This document shows, one piece after another, positions 48,560 through 61,062 of a stretch of 64,000 bases of DNA. This DNA comes from Octopus bimaculoides (lineage: Eukaryota): NCBI RefSeq assembly GCF_001194135.2, contig NC_068981.1:70236627-70300626 (forward strand). Reading direction: 5' to 3'. The notes under the pieces were generated by a model. It was given only the letters and a program-made list of their open reading frames with translations. It ran no database searches and was not told the origin of the DNA. Every line of letters begins with the position of its first letter. The first letter of the stretch is position 1. The position numbers were made by a program, and so were the translations under genes.

Positions 48560-49260
48560 TTTGCATTTCAATTTGTACATTTGTACCCAGAAACTTTCAA
48601 CAAATGCACGCCAGAAGAAATGGAAAAACGAGTAATTTTATCTCCTAAAATTTCTGGCTTAATATTATACCAGAGGCACTTAAAACGTACGTGTGCACAG
48701 ATTCAGTGTCCTGGAATAATGAAGAGGAGGTTCAGAACTATCCATTTGAATTCATTAACTCACTCACTCCATCCGGGATGCCTCCTCATCGCCTCAGTTT
48801 AAATGTAGGGGGCTATTGTAACGTTGCTAAGAAATCTTTCGATCAGTCAAGGATTATATAATGGAACTCGCATGAAAGTGCAAAGACTTCGTGAACATTG
48901 TGTAGAGGCGTCATTGGTAACAGGCTCTAACAGAGGTCGTACAGTTCTAATTCCCAGAATTAAATTTAGCCCAAGTGATGCAAATATTCCGTTCACACTA
49001 AACAGACTTCAGCTTCAACTTCGACCTGCATATTCAATGACAATCAATAAGGTTCAAGGGCAAACGTTTGAAAAAGTTGGAATACATTTGCCTCAACAGG
49101 TATTTTCTCATAGCCAATTATATGTCGCATTTTCAAGAGCACGAGCTATGAACAATATCAAAGGAAGAGTTATGACACTCAATTGGGGATAACAGACAAG
49201 GCCAAAAAACGTGGTTTCATATACACACAAATTATTGTTCACCATGAAGTACTGTGAGGA
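48560..49260 (+). mobile_element. Helitron RepHel C-terminal PIF1-like helicase fragment
   Basis: NYPFEFINSLTPSGMPPHRL..LLRNLSISQGLYNGTR..VLIPRI..AYSMTINKVQGQTFEKVGIHLPQQVFSHSQLYVAFSRAR, with frameshifts. The Rep domain is absent. Confidence 0.9.
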
Positions 49261-49424
49261 AGACTAGCACATCAGCTAGCATCACCGCCACACCAGCCGC
49301 TCCAACATTACACATCCACATTACACCTTCATGATGAGGGAACCAGTGAGGGATCCGCTGGATCTCTCTAGGCATACCAACAAACTACAAAATCGCACCA
49401 GCCAACATCACCACTACCTCCAAG

Positions 49425-49459
49425 CCCGTCATATATCTGTATGTATGTATGTATATATG

Positions 49460-49491
<32 letters not shown>

Positions 49492-49720
49492 AATGTCTGT
49501 CTGTATGTATGTATGTATGTGTGTGTGTGTTTGTGTCTGTGTTTGTCCCACCACTACCATTGCTTGACAACCGATGTTTGTGCGTTTGCGTCCCTGTAAT
49601 TTAGCTGTCCAGCAGAAGAGACTGATAGAATAAGCACCAGGCTTACAGGGAATAAGTTGAGGGGTCAATGTTTTCGAATAAGAGCCACCGTCATATGACT
49701 GGAACAAGTCAAATAATAAA
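49425..49720 (+). mobile_element. 3' two-thirds of a 32523-family SINE with (TATG)n
   Basis: AAGCCCGTC..TGTTTGTCCCACCAC..GCTTGACAACCGATG..GATAGAATAAGCACCAGGCTTAC. Confidence 0.75.
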
Positions 49721-49894
49721 AGAATACCAGAAAAACGTTCCGTACCACTAAGCCAAGAAGGTTCTTTGAATATGTACGATGTATTTTAAGGTTAAATAGT
49801 AATCCCGTTTACTTTTTGTGTAACCGAGATATTTTGGTTGGGTTATATAGTCATTGGTGTAAAATTACTTTCTATATTCTGTAACTGACACAAT

Positions 49895-50075
49895 ATACTT
49901 TTCTAGACCTAAAGTTTTTGTGGGGAGGGGGCCAGTTGATTCAATCGATCCCAATACACAGCTGGTACTTAAGTTATCAACCCCGAAAGGACGTAACGTA
50001 AAGTCGACTTCGGCAGATTTTGAACTCAAAACGTAAAGACAGACGGTTATGATATGCAAACATTTCTCATGGCAC
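49895..50075 (-). mobile_element. Nin-domain-like tRNA SINE
   Basis: CCCCGAAAGGACG..AAAGTCGACTTCGGCAGATTTTGAACTC. Confidence 0.75.
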
Positions 50076-50934
50076 GAGTACACTGTTTAGAGATGCTTAA
50101 ATTTTTTATGTTTTCCGTGAATTTTTTTCGGGTTCAGCTAGTATACATTAATGCTATATCGCCTAAAGAAATGAATGCATGAAGACGAGCTACCCGATGC
50201 CCACGGATACTACATATTATACAGTAATCATCTCAAGTATATGGACTGTGAACTTACGAGACGTGATTTGTTGAAACACGCGTTTTGATGCATTCAATTA
50301 TTTATAAATTCCATCCAAGGATTATTGTTATTATTACTATATTTATCCTATATTATATCAGTACAACTCGGTGAAAACCCCCTAAAAACTGGTTCACCAG
50401 TCAGCATCACTGGACTGTAGACTGCATAATAGAATAGGAGCTTTATTTGCATATTCAAAACGTTTCCCGTAAACAAATTTAGAAGATATGTATGCGCACG
50501 CGCGTGTGTATGTGTGTAGCGCGTATGCGTGTATACGTGTCTGTAGCGCGTAAGAATGTATGCGTAAATGTATGTGTTCACTTGTGCGTAAGTATGTATG
50601 AGGGTTTGCGTATATATGCGGTCATTATTTTTAAATAAATAACATCATAAATGATGATCACGAATAACTGATCACTAGAGGCGTGATTAGCCATTGTATT
50701 CAGTTCTACATGAGAGAATGATTAAGCAATGTCTAATACATATTTATGTTAGATTTACCAACATGCAGATTACTAGATAGGTATGTAAGTAAATATATAT
50801 GTATGCATGTATGTATATGTGTACGTATGAATGCATGTATGTATGGATAGATGTATGTATGTGTATGTGAATGTGTGCATATATTTTACCGTTTATTTTT
50901 ACATGAATAAGTCATTAGATTCTTTTCAACTCTA

Positions 50935-51120
50935 AGCACAAGGCTTGAAATTTTGGAGGAGGGGCCAGTCGATTAGATCGACCCTAGCACGCAAATGGTA
51001 TTTAATTTATCGACCCCGAAAGGATAAAAGGTAAAGTCGACCTTCGCGGAACGTAAAGACAGACGAAATACCGCTAAGCATTTCGCCCGGCGTGCTAACA
51101 TCTCTGCCAGGTCTGCCATG
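50935..51120 (-). mobile_element. Nin-domain-like tRNA SINE, nearly complete
   Basis: TTTATCGACCCCGAAAGGATAAAAGGTAAAGTCGACC..GACGAAATACCGCTAAGCATTTCGCCCGGCGTGCTAAC. Confidence 0.85.
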
Positions 51121-52222
51121 GCTGGAATTAACATAGAATACAATGGAAAAGTAAAATTAATTCCAATCATTCATTTTACCAGTTTCTTAAAACTTGATGA
51201 GTCCATCATTATAAACCATGTAAATCCTATGTATCAATTCTTTACATTAGTTATAAAATAAATTTTATTTCTTACGTGTCCTTTAAATAATATTAGATAT
51301 ATATGCTTAATTTCAATTTTTTAAATAATTTTTAGTCCAATATATATTAAAAAAAAAATTAATTTCACATCTTATCTATGGTTCTTTATATTGGTGTATA
51401 TAAGTCCAAATGTACTTTACCAGAGCATTTTAAATTAATACTACTACATGGTGTTTGCCTACTGAATGTATTGATTAGTTACATTACTATAGACTATTTC
51501 TTTTTATTTCTAATTTCATTATTAATTTATTAATTTATTATTAGCTTTTATTTATTCACATATTAATTAAGTAAATATTGGTATCTCAAATTTTCCAAAC
51601 ATAGCATATGTATAACAAAATTGATACATTATTCTGATTAATGAAAACTATGAATAAACATATACTGTATCTGTACACATATAGCAACTTTATTTTATAT
51701 ACTTTTGACCAAGGTGCCTTATGTTAAACTTCCCCTGCTCCATTATAAACTACTTTGCTAGTAGAGAAAACCCCCCAACCTATAGTAGTTTTGTCACTAA
51801 AGCCAAAAGAATCTTTATAACCATCTCATCCATGTATATTGTTTACCTCTTTTTCCTTCCCTATAAGGAAAAGGCTTGTGCTCTCTTAAGTTTTGAATCA
51901 CTAGGTCTGATAAGATGAAAAAAAAAGACAAATAAAATTAGTGACAGTTAAAATCTGCTTAGAATTAATTACTAGCCTGTATGGTCTGGCTAAGTCAAAA
52001 TGTTTTTTCGTATTCTACCTTTCCACTTGGAGAGTTTAAATGTAGTTATAACAATATTTCCTTCTGTTGAAATGAAATTTCAGGAAATTTCTATATCTAT
52101 GTGTAGCTGAGGATTGCTCTGCATTTTACATTTAATGTAATGTTCACATTGCTTAAATAAATGGAGTCGCATAAAACGATCGTACTGCATTAAATTTGGA
52201 TATCCTTGTTGCTTATTTTGAA

Positions 52223-52298
<76 letters not shown>

Positions 52299-52299
52299 C

Positions 52300-52450
52300 A
52301 CAGCGGGATTTTTCGTTTTCCGTCCACCAAATCCAAATCCATAAACGAAGATTCGGTCAGCCCGAGGCTGCAGTAGAAAACACTTGCCTGAGATGCAACA
52401 CAGTACGACTGAGCATTTGTTTTGGAATCAGACTTCTTCCCACGTAGTCA
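52300..52450 (-). mobile_element. Old 5' fragment of the 32523-family SINE
   Basis: CCACCAAATCC..GGTCAGCCCGAGGCTGCAGTAGAAAACACTTGCC is the reverse complement of the family body. Confidence 0.6.
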
Positions 52451-54685
52451 GTGGAAAACATATGAGAGTGTGTGTGTCTGTGAGTGTGTGTGCTTGAATG
52501 TGTGTGTGCGTGTATGCATGTATGCGTGTGTGCGTGTGTGTGTCTCTGTACATTTTTGTTTGGTATATGGTATTTCTGTATATATCCTACATTGCGTCTT
52601 TACCAAATGAGTGTTGACAAAATTGCGCCACCATTAACGAGTTGAGCCAATATTGGACAAATCATTAACTTACCTCTTAGTGAGTCATCATATTGTTATT
52701 TGGTTTACATTCTTCAAAGAATTGGTCTTGTTTCAATATTCACTTTAGTTTTAACTTGCATTTGGTATATTTACTTTTCCTAATGATGTTCTCAGGTACT
52801 GTTTTAGCAATGTGTGTAACTGAGATTCGTGGCATAATTCTATTAAGATCTGTAATGTGCATTTGATCGTGGATTTACAAAAGTTGACACCTAGATACTG
52901 GAACCGTGATATATTTCTAGCACTGAAATTTGTGTTAGTACATATTAACGATAATAATACTTTTAACGATAACATTGATAACAATTGCGATAGGTGCAGC
53001 GGTTGTTTTTATTGATCATGTTAATAGGGTTAGTCAGCTAATGCCATTAGTGATAGTGACAGTAGTAATAAAACTGGTATATGCGCTATTAAGATTGGAG
53101 ATGAAAATTAATTCCAGTGTTATATGTATTAGTAGTGATGACTTTCATTATAATACTGCTGCCGATAGTATTTACTTTGCCACTTTACTGAAAAGAATAT
53201 ATATTAACTTGCCTATTGACCTTTCATCTTTTCATATTTTATCCTCCATTTTCTTTTGTTTAGCAAAATGGAGATTTCTATTTGGTTAACCAACCCCCAC
53301 ATGTAGTTATCAACAACCTTCCAAACAGAAAGTTGATCTTTTATCAGAAAACGTTTAGGAAAAAAAATATCTAAATGAGCTAAAAATACATCAATATTTT
53401 TATTTTATCACAAGTAGTACGCCTCTAACAATCACCATGCAGAAAGCAGAAACGATTATTGTAATTTTTTTTTTCATTGTGCGTTATTGAAAATTTGTAA
53501 ACAAAGGTGATTTGTATCAAACACCGTTTTTGATCAATGAATAATCACTGCTGAAATACGTAAAAAGAAATGGAATTTAATGATGAATTCCCTGACAATT
53601 AAATAACAGTATATTAGTTTATTGATTTAATTTATTGGTATTTACCCAACATTTCCATTTTTATTTTTGCTGTAAATTGATCTAAAGTAAAACTTTTATA
53701 AGTTTTCCTTTTGTGTTGAACATTTTATATTTTATTGATATTGTGTGCGATGCAGAATATATATAATATGACTACAGCTAGCTTCAATAGCAATAATAGT
53801 CTGACTAAAAAGAATGTTTTCGCGATAAATCCGTTCACAAATACGTGACTAGGAAAGCGCACACAAACGTCATGTTGAGAATGGAAATTGAAAATGGGAA
53901 TAGAATTTCGTTTTTAATGTAGATCTCACCGGACAACTGATATTTCTCGATACATACATTTTTTTTTTTTTTTTTTGCTGTACCAACGTATCCAACATGA
54001 CTAATTCTTCTCATGCTACAATCGTTTATGTATCAATTTGATGTTTGTATAAATATCCTCCTTTTTTTTCTTTTGTGCGAATCAGTACATTATTCATTTA
54101 AAATATCAGAGGTGGTAGAAATGATAGACACCTGCATGCAAGAAATTAACTTTTGATTTATTAATGGACTTCCCGTTCGTGTTTTATGATTTTCGATAAT
54201 GATGTTTGCATATTTTGTAAGAGTTTATAAAATAGGTGGTTGAAAAAATATTATGTTACTAAGAAGTGCCAGGAAAAATCAAGTACTTCTTAGGGAATAG
54301 GCACCAGAACTGTTTTTCTCTTCCTAATGTGTAAAAAATGTTCACTCTTTCTCGTAAATATAAAAGATACAGACATACTGTAATAAACTTCATATTTGAA
54401 AGAGTCGACTATTAATTTGTATTTAAAATGCATGAATATTTTAATAATCTCACGGTTACTTAATTGCTATATACCTTGCAAATACCAACGGAAGTTGATT
54501 AGTTTTTTTGTTTTTTTGTTTGCAGTGTGATAGAAGATAGTATAATACAGTATGAGAGTGTGTGTGCAAGCCTTGTGTAGTGCAGCGTACTGGGGTACCA
54601 GATAGGCAGTATAGACAGTATTGAACGAGAGAGCGAGAGAAAGAGAAAGACAAAATCAGACAGAGACAGAGTGAGGGTGACCGAA

Positions 54686-54724
<39 letters not shown>

Positions 54725-54849
54725 GAGAGAGGGAGAGAGAGAGAGAGAGAAATAAAAGAAAGAAAGTAAAAAGAAAGAATGAAGAAGTATGTTTATAAGT
54801 GATGGAAGAACCGAAGAATGTAAGAGCGCACTACTTGTAAAATGGTAGA

Positions 54850-55290
54850 TAAGAATGAATCAGAAAATGGTGGAGATGAAAGACTGGCTTGTTTGAAGAA
54901 GAGAGAGTTAAGAATGAGGTAAACAAAAGAACTGGATAGTATAAAATCAAGGATTATATGGGGTGTCAAAGAAATGTTAATTGATCATTGATTTCTGGGA
55001 ACAAAAGTCAAAATGTGACGTACAGACGAGCTATAGAAGATGCGTGTTCGAATGAGAATATACTGGGATGTTGACCATGCCTGCAAAGAGCTTGCTAGTT
55101 ACTATATAATCGTGCATCTATAGATGTTCTCGAAAAGGATCAACTGGTCTTCGTCTTGTAGCAAACCCATGTATGAATGAATTCTGTTTGCATGTATTGT
55201 AATTGAAAGAACAAGTGAATTAATTAGCGACTTAGAAACTGGACGACGACCGTGCAGTATTAATAGTCTGGAGGAAGATAAAGGATAAAA
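54850..55290 (+). mobile_element. Possible very old LINE endonuclease remnant
   Basis: MLIDH(fs)LISGNKSQNVTYRRAIEDACSNENIL loosely resembles the IDY.LV..V.DVRA.RGADC.SDH motif. Confidence 0.25.
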
Positions 55291-55923
55291 AAAACTCACT
55301 TTTATGCTAAATAACTATGGAACACTTGGTGGGAATAATACCTACATAGACTTCAAAGTCTAGGCTGCTATTTAGGTAAATAATTTAGGAGTTAATTATA
55401 GGTTTACTTATTGAATTTATATCCCGATACTGTTTTAGTCCATAGAGTAAATGTGTTACTTTGTTGTAATTTAATTGATAATGTTAGTGTTTAATCCTTC
55501 CTAAAATTAAGATTGAACACACTTATTATAGTGATGTTGACACCGCCGGGTTCAATGGTACTGCCCAGGTCTCGAAACCATAGTGATATCCGTTGGGCAG
55601 CTGATGTTGGAGGCATGCTGGATTTTTGGTATGGGTGTTATTGTATGTGCAGAATAGTTTTGTAAGACGCCTATTTGATATATATATATACAAACACACA
55701 CAAATTATGGGAGATTAGTTCACGGGTGATCTAAACGACTAGGTAAACTACGTAAGTACTGCAGCGGATTATTAGGGCCATAAAGTTGCAGTCGACGGTA
55801 GTTATGGAGCCATTGGAAATTTCCGATTTAGCTGATATATAACTGTTAAAAAGGACAATAACAGTTAAGGCAAGACAAAAATCTCAAATCATATGCATTA
55901 TTATTATTGGAAAAATTTCAAAG

Positions 55924-55978
55924 TCTTACAGCTGTTTCTAGGATATCCCAGTTTATGGGATAATCTCGTCATCGGAGA
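55924..55978 (-). ncRNA. Minimal type I hammerhead motif in the inverted pseudo-LTR
   Basis: Reverse complement TCT-CCGATGA-CGAGATTATCCCA-TAAAC-TGGGATATCCTA-GAAAC-AGCT-GTA-AGA has stem II ATCCCA/TGGGAT, palindromic ACAGCTGT stem III, a GUA triplet and TCT/AGA stem I. Confidence 0.65.
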
Positions 55979-56716
55979 GAAATAGGGAAAATGAGAAGGG
56001 TATAGATTAATAAAATGACGACACGTAGGACAGTAGTAAAGGAATAAGGAGATGAAGAAAGAGAAGAAAAAAAGAAGCATAAAAGTTCGCAGTTCAACTT
56101 TCCGATCTTAAAGAAATAAGTCCATAAGTCCTTATGGTCTCGCTAAAGCATTCTTTAAAATAGTAGAATCTAATTTCCCATGTAACCACAAGTACCATTC
56201 TATCTTTAACAGATCCACTTTGAAATTATCCTTTTCATCTACACCAAATATAGAATCTATTATTACCTCATCTAACAAACCTAAACGTAGCTCTCACTAT
56301 CGAAATGCATACAACCCTACCATAGACCTACAGAACGAAAATATTAATACCGATCGCAATAACATATCTAATACCCCGGGCTGGAACACTTTGAATAACT
56401 TAAACATACATTATATAGTCCCCACCTTGAGGGTAACAGGCGCACAGCAGAAACCGACGCAAACACTAATAGGCACACTGATACTTACAGTATTAACTAT
56501 ATTTCAATAAATACAAATAATAATACCTATACTTCAACTACTAATAGGACTAGTATTACTATTAATATTAACAACAACGGTAATATTAACAATACTGAAA
56601 ATAATACTACTACTATCACTTCTACTACAAACGCTACAATTATAACATCACTAATACCACCTCCACTACCAGTGCTAATACTAACCCTACTGCCAATAAT
56701 GCTACTACTGCCGCCG

Positions 56717-56754
<38 letters not shown>

Positions 56755-58206
56755 GATAATAATAATAATTATCATTATAATAACGATGCCGATAAAGATA
56801 ATGACGATAATAATAATAATAATAATGATAATGGTAAGGCAGGCGTTGATATTGATACTAGAAATTACGGCAATAATAACAGCAATGTTACGAATGATTC
56901 ATTTAATACTACCCTAGACACTACCAGGACTACCTCATCTCTCTCCAATTAACCATTGTAGAACTAATAGTTGCAACTTCAGATTTGGGGCAGATTGCCC
57001 GCTCCAAGTACATTGCAGAAGATTCAATGTCGTATACCAATACGCAACATAGTAAATAGCTGCTATAGCTACCACATTGGATCTACGACAATTTTAAACA
57101 AAGATATTATGCACATTTAAACTCGTATAAATATAATTCCACATCACCACTCATCTAATTACTAGAAAACATACACTATAGAGTCTCCTGGGCTATAATA
57201 GACTCTGGCATCCCATATCAGTGCCAGCACTCCATTTGTGGATTCTGCTTAAACGAAGCCCTCGAAATTTTAACCCACAGCTCACCACAATTGCTTGATA
57301 AACACAACGAAGCCTTCACAACGTGTAAACACAAATTCTTCCGCATTTTTAACTTCTTTCATAAATCTAAATGCAAATCCCCACCACCACCAACGAATAA
57401 CACCCATATACAAACCTCCATGTTCATTAACACATACCCCTCTATATCTCTTTCATCAACCTTACCTCATCACTTTATAAAATAAATATTAATTACTTAA
57501 TTTATTTTCAAACCTTAATCCCCTAATATTTAACCTCTACTCCTAAATAATTTAGCATTCAACTAGTTTCTCCATTCACCACTACTTACACTCCCATAAC
57601 CATATTGCTAAAAATAACTGTACAGCCACTGTACTTAGCCAAAAGGAACACAAGTACATACTACTAGATTTCCTCCCCAACCCCCTATAGACTAGAAGAA
57701 TACCACTGGTACATACTATTCTCTTTAAATTCCTTTCATTTTATTCTATTTTGTTTATTTTGTTTTTTTTTAAGTTATCTACCTTTACCTCTTCCTCGCT
57801 TATCCTCTTGACTATCTTGGTACACTATATTCTTAGACACTATATATTTATATACCTTACTTTATGCCTAAAGCCGATCCTAAACTTCCTCCCTCACTCT
57901 ATCTAACTCTCGTTCCATTTATTTATTTCTCATTCTTTCTACCATTTAAAAACCACCTCCGCTACCATTCTGTTATCGAACTTTGATATGTTTCACGACT
58001 CTTTTATAGATATTTACACTATCAGGATATTAACTTACATGGGTTTACGCATGATTGCGCCTAGTACTTATTTCTACAAGATCCGAAAGTTGATCTGTGA
58101 ACATTTATGCTTCCTTTTTCTTCTCTTTCTTCATCTCCTTATTCCTTTACTCATGCCCTCTATGTCGTCATTTCATTAATCTATAGCCTTCTCATTTTCC
58201 CTATTT

Positions 58207-58260
58207 TCTCCGATGACGGAATATCCCATAGTCTAGGAAATCCCAGAAACAGCTGTAAGA
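58207..58260 (+). ncRNA. Minimal type I hammerhead motif in the 3' pseudo-LTR
   Basis: TCT-CCGATGA-CGGAATATCCCATAGTCTAGGAAATCCCA-GAAAC-AGCT-GTA-AGA. Stem II is more decayed than in the inverted copy. Confidence 0.6.
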
Positions 58261-58357
58261 TGTTGAATCTTTTTTCTATAATATTAATGCATATGACTTG
58301 AAATGTTTACCTTGCCTTAACGTTTATTGTCCTCTTTAATAATTATATATATATATA

Positions 58358-58701
58358 TGTTGAAAAGCGGTCTTTTGCCATTATTTGATCTGTCTTTTGA
58401 CGGCGGTTGTTCTGACAGATATTATGTTCCGAAGTTGTTGACAGAATGGTTCTATCTGGCATTGTACGACCACCAGTCGTACAGTGTTATTATCTTCAAA
58501 GGATTTGATCGTTATATGTCCACTCAGTATCACAGTATAATTACTATATCAGCACAGACACAACTATCAACACAGTCTACAGGTACTCTTGAGTATCTGA
58601 CCTCCCCGTCCTTTTCCTGTCAACCGGCTACTGGTTAATTTATAATTGTATCCTACTACCATTTTTTTACCAGGAGGGGTGTACAGTTTTACTAGACAAC
58701 A
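58358..58701 (-). mobile_element. 3' LTR of a Ty3/Gypsy element (344 bp)
   Basis: On the minus strand it begins TGTTG directly after the polypurine tract AAAGGAGGGA (58702-58711) and ends CAACA at 58358. Confidence 0.75.
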
Positions 58702-60200
58702 TCCCTCCTTTAATTTAATTTTTTAACAAAACAATTTCTTGTATTCATCTTACCTCCTACTTTTTTGTATATACTCAATATCTTTTTGTCTTAGGGTCTA
58801 CTTTTAGGAATTCAGTCTTCTTTTTCCTTGTACGTGTGGTTTCAACCTCTCGTAACAGTCCTGGAGCCTGAAAATCCATTAGTATTTCTATTCTTGTTGG
58901 TTCCTTTTCTAAGACTCTTTCGTTAAGCTGATTTTTATGTCTACTTCCCATTCCAATTCTGCTGCTTACACCATGCATCATTCTTGCTATGTATGTTATA
59001 AATTCTCCTTCTTCCCAATATTGCTTGCCATTGTTGTACATTCCTACATATAACTGGTAACAGTTTATCGAATACTTCACCTTTTTGGCAAACATTAATT
59101 CTGCTGGTGAATTTCCTTCTGGCACATTTGGGTTCGGAGTTATCCTATATACCCTTAAGAATTGCTTGATCGCAACCGCGTCTGTGGCTTCCTTATTGCC
59201 TTTATTTAAAGCTTTCTTAAAAGTGTACACGAACTGTTCGGCCCTTCCATTCGATGTAGGGTGATACGGTGCAATAGTTTTGTGAATCTTTTAAACTTAC
59301 ATGATAAAAACTGTGTTCCGTTATCAGAGACAGTTATATCCGGTACACCAAATCTTCCGAACAGCTCGTGTAAGAAGTTTATTACCGTATGTGAGGTTGA
59401 TCCTTTACACCTAGCAACCGCAGGTCATTTTGTGTAGCTGTCCACTACTATTGAGTAATAATATCCATTTACCGGGCCTGCAAATTCGATATGCAATCGG
59501 GACCATGGTATTTTCACTTACATTTTGTAGTGGGCAGTTTCGTTGTCAGCGTACATCCTCTGCAGCCTTTTACCAGATTTTCAAATTACTTGTCCATCCT
59601 TGGCCAGTATATGAAGCATCGCATCAACGTTTTCATTCTAGAGGTACCTGGATGTCCCACATGGAACCCCTTTAGCATTCTTTTCTGTAATGTCTGTGCT
59701 ATGACCACCATCTGAGCGTACATTAGTACATCATCACATATAGAATGCACGTTTACATCTTGGCGGTTCTTTGCCTCAGATCTTTCTTTATTTCCATTTG
59801 CTACCTTAATAAATTTGTCATTTCTTGTATTTATTTTTATTTCTTACAAAGTTACTGGTATATCACTTTTTTGTGTTTTAGTTCATCGACTTCGTTCGAT
59901 CGTTTGACTGCTCCATTTATGCTATTGCTTATGGGTGTACCCCTTAAATTGAATTTCCCCATACATTGGGTGTCAAATAAATTCATGCATTTTTTCAACA
60001 CATAACCATTCACTTTTTTGGTTGTACCTTTGAACATTATATTACAAACGCGTTTGCCCGTGAAATATAACGTTCTTCCTGTATCACCGTATGCTATTTT
60101 TTAAATTACACTGCACACACTATCACCACAAGTGACATTGCTGATTATACCCTTCTACATCTAAAAGTTTTCATACAACCTGTTTCTTTCTAACTTCCAA
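58702..60200 (-). mobile_element. Ty3/Gypsy internal relic (protease end and integrase); RT/RNase H deleted and no 5' LTR seen
   Basis: LKGFHVGHPGTSRMKTLMRC..WP..CRGC (HHCC), PWSRLHIEFAGP..VVDSYTK, LHELFGRFGVPDITVSDNGTQF, HPTSNGRAEQFVYTFKKAL, SPAELMF. Upstream protease-end-like TFKGTTKK..NLFDTQCMGKFNL segment. Confidence 0.88.
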
Positions 60201-61062
60201 CTTTTTTCAATTTTCCTTCTGTTTGTTCACAAAAATTTATACATTAGAAATGTGGAAAGGAAATATTTATCATTAATGTTTCATTGGTTTCCGTAGCTTT
60301 TTATTTATCACAATTTTCAATGATTTCATAATCTCATGAAGTAATGAATTTATTGAGCGGCTAATATAGAGTTATTTCCCGTTATAATGCATTTATCTTT
60401 TTGATTGCGCATTCGTGTTTACGAGTTAAAATTCCCCCACCGTATCTTGAAATCGACCTTAAGTTAGAGGGAATATAAACACCATTAAAGCGTACGACGG
60501 AAAACAAGTTTCTCATTAAACCCACTATGAAATATTTCATTGGTCAACCGGTAAAGGTTAACATTTTAATTAGCATCAAATTATTTTCATTGATCTCATT
60601 AATGATAGTTCACATAAAATTATTTTGATTATATTTGAAGAAGTATAAAGATGCCCGCTCTCCGTTTCATTATACCAGATCATTATCTTCTTATGTACTT
60701 ACTTTTGCTATATTTTGAAATATTTTGTTAATTACTAAATTAATTAAGCATGAATAATTAATATGAATTTGCATGTGGCATTTGGTCAAATGTAATAAAT
60801 CAATTTATTGATGCAACGTTTCATAAATAACTGATAACGCATTCATAAAAATTGGTTAGCGTTCTAGATTACTTTAAGATTCAATAAATAGTGTGCGGAT
60901 TTTGTGTAAAGCTACGGAAACCTACTTCATTCAAGAAATATGTCAGAATATACAATTTAAGTTAGATATTATTAGTTAATTAAGGCTTCTTTTTCACACA
61001 TGCCTTTCATTTGTTTCTAGTGAAATAAAATATCATCGCTTCAAATAAGTAGTAAGAAATGT

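Larger units (their letters stand above)
55835..58350 (+). mobile_element. 5'-truncated Penelope-like element with inverted 5' pseudo-LTR, Asn/Thr-rich insert, GIY-YIG endonuclease and 3' pseudo-LTR
   Basis: GLAKAFFKIVESNFPCNHKYHSIFNRSTLKLSFSSTPNIESIITSSN (56134-56280); CNFRFGADCPLQVHCRRFNVVY (from 56972); YHIGST(fs)NFKQRYYAH; SWAIIDSGIPY..CGFCLNEALEIL..CKHK. 55835-56125 is a diverged inverted copy of 58065-58350. Confidence 0.88.

Noticed and set aside
52930-53300. 104-aa hydrophobic ORF or a fourth Asn-rich PLE tract
   Set aside because: It is a decayed trinucleotide-rich sequence with no flanking PLE motifs found.
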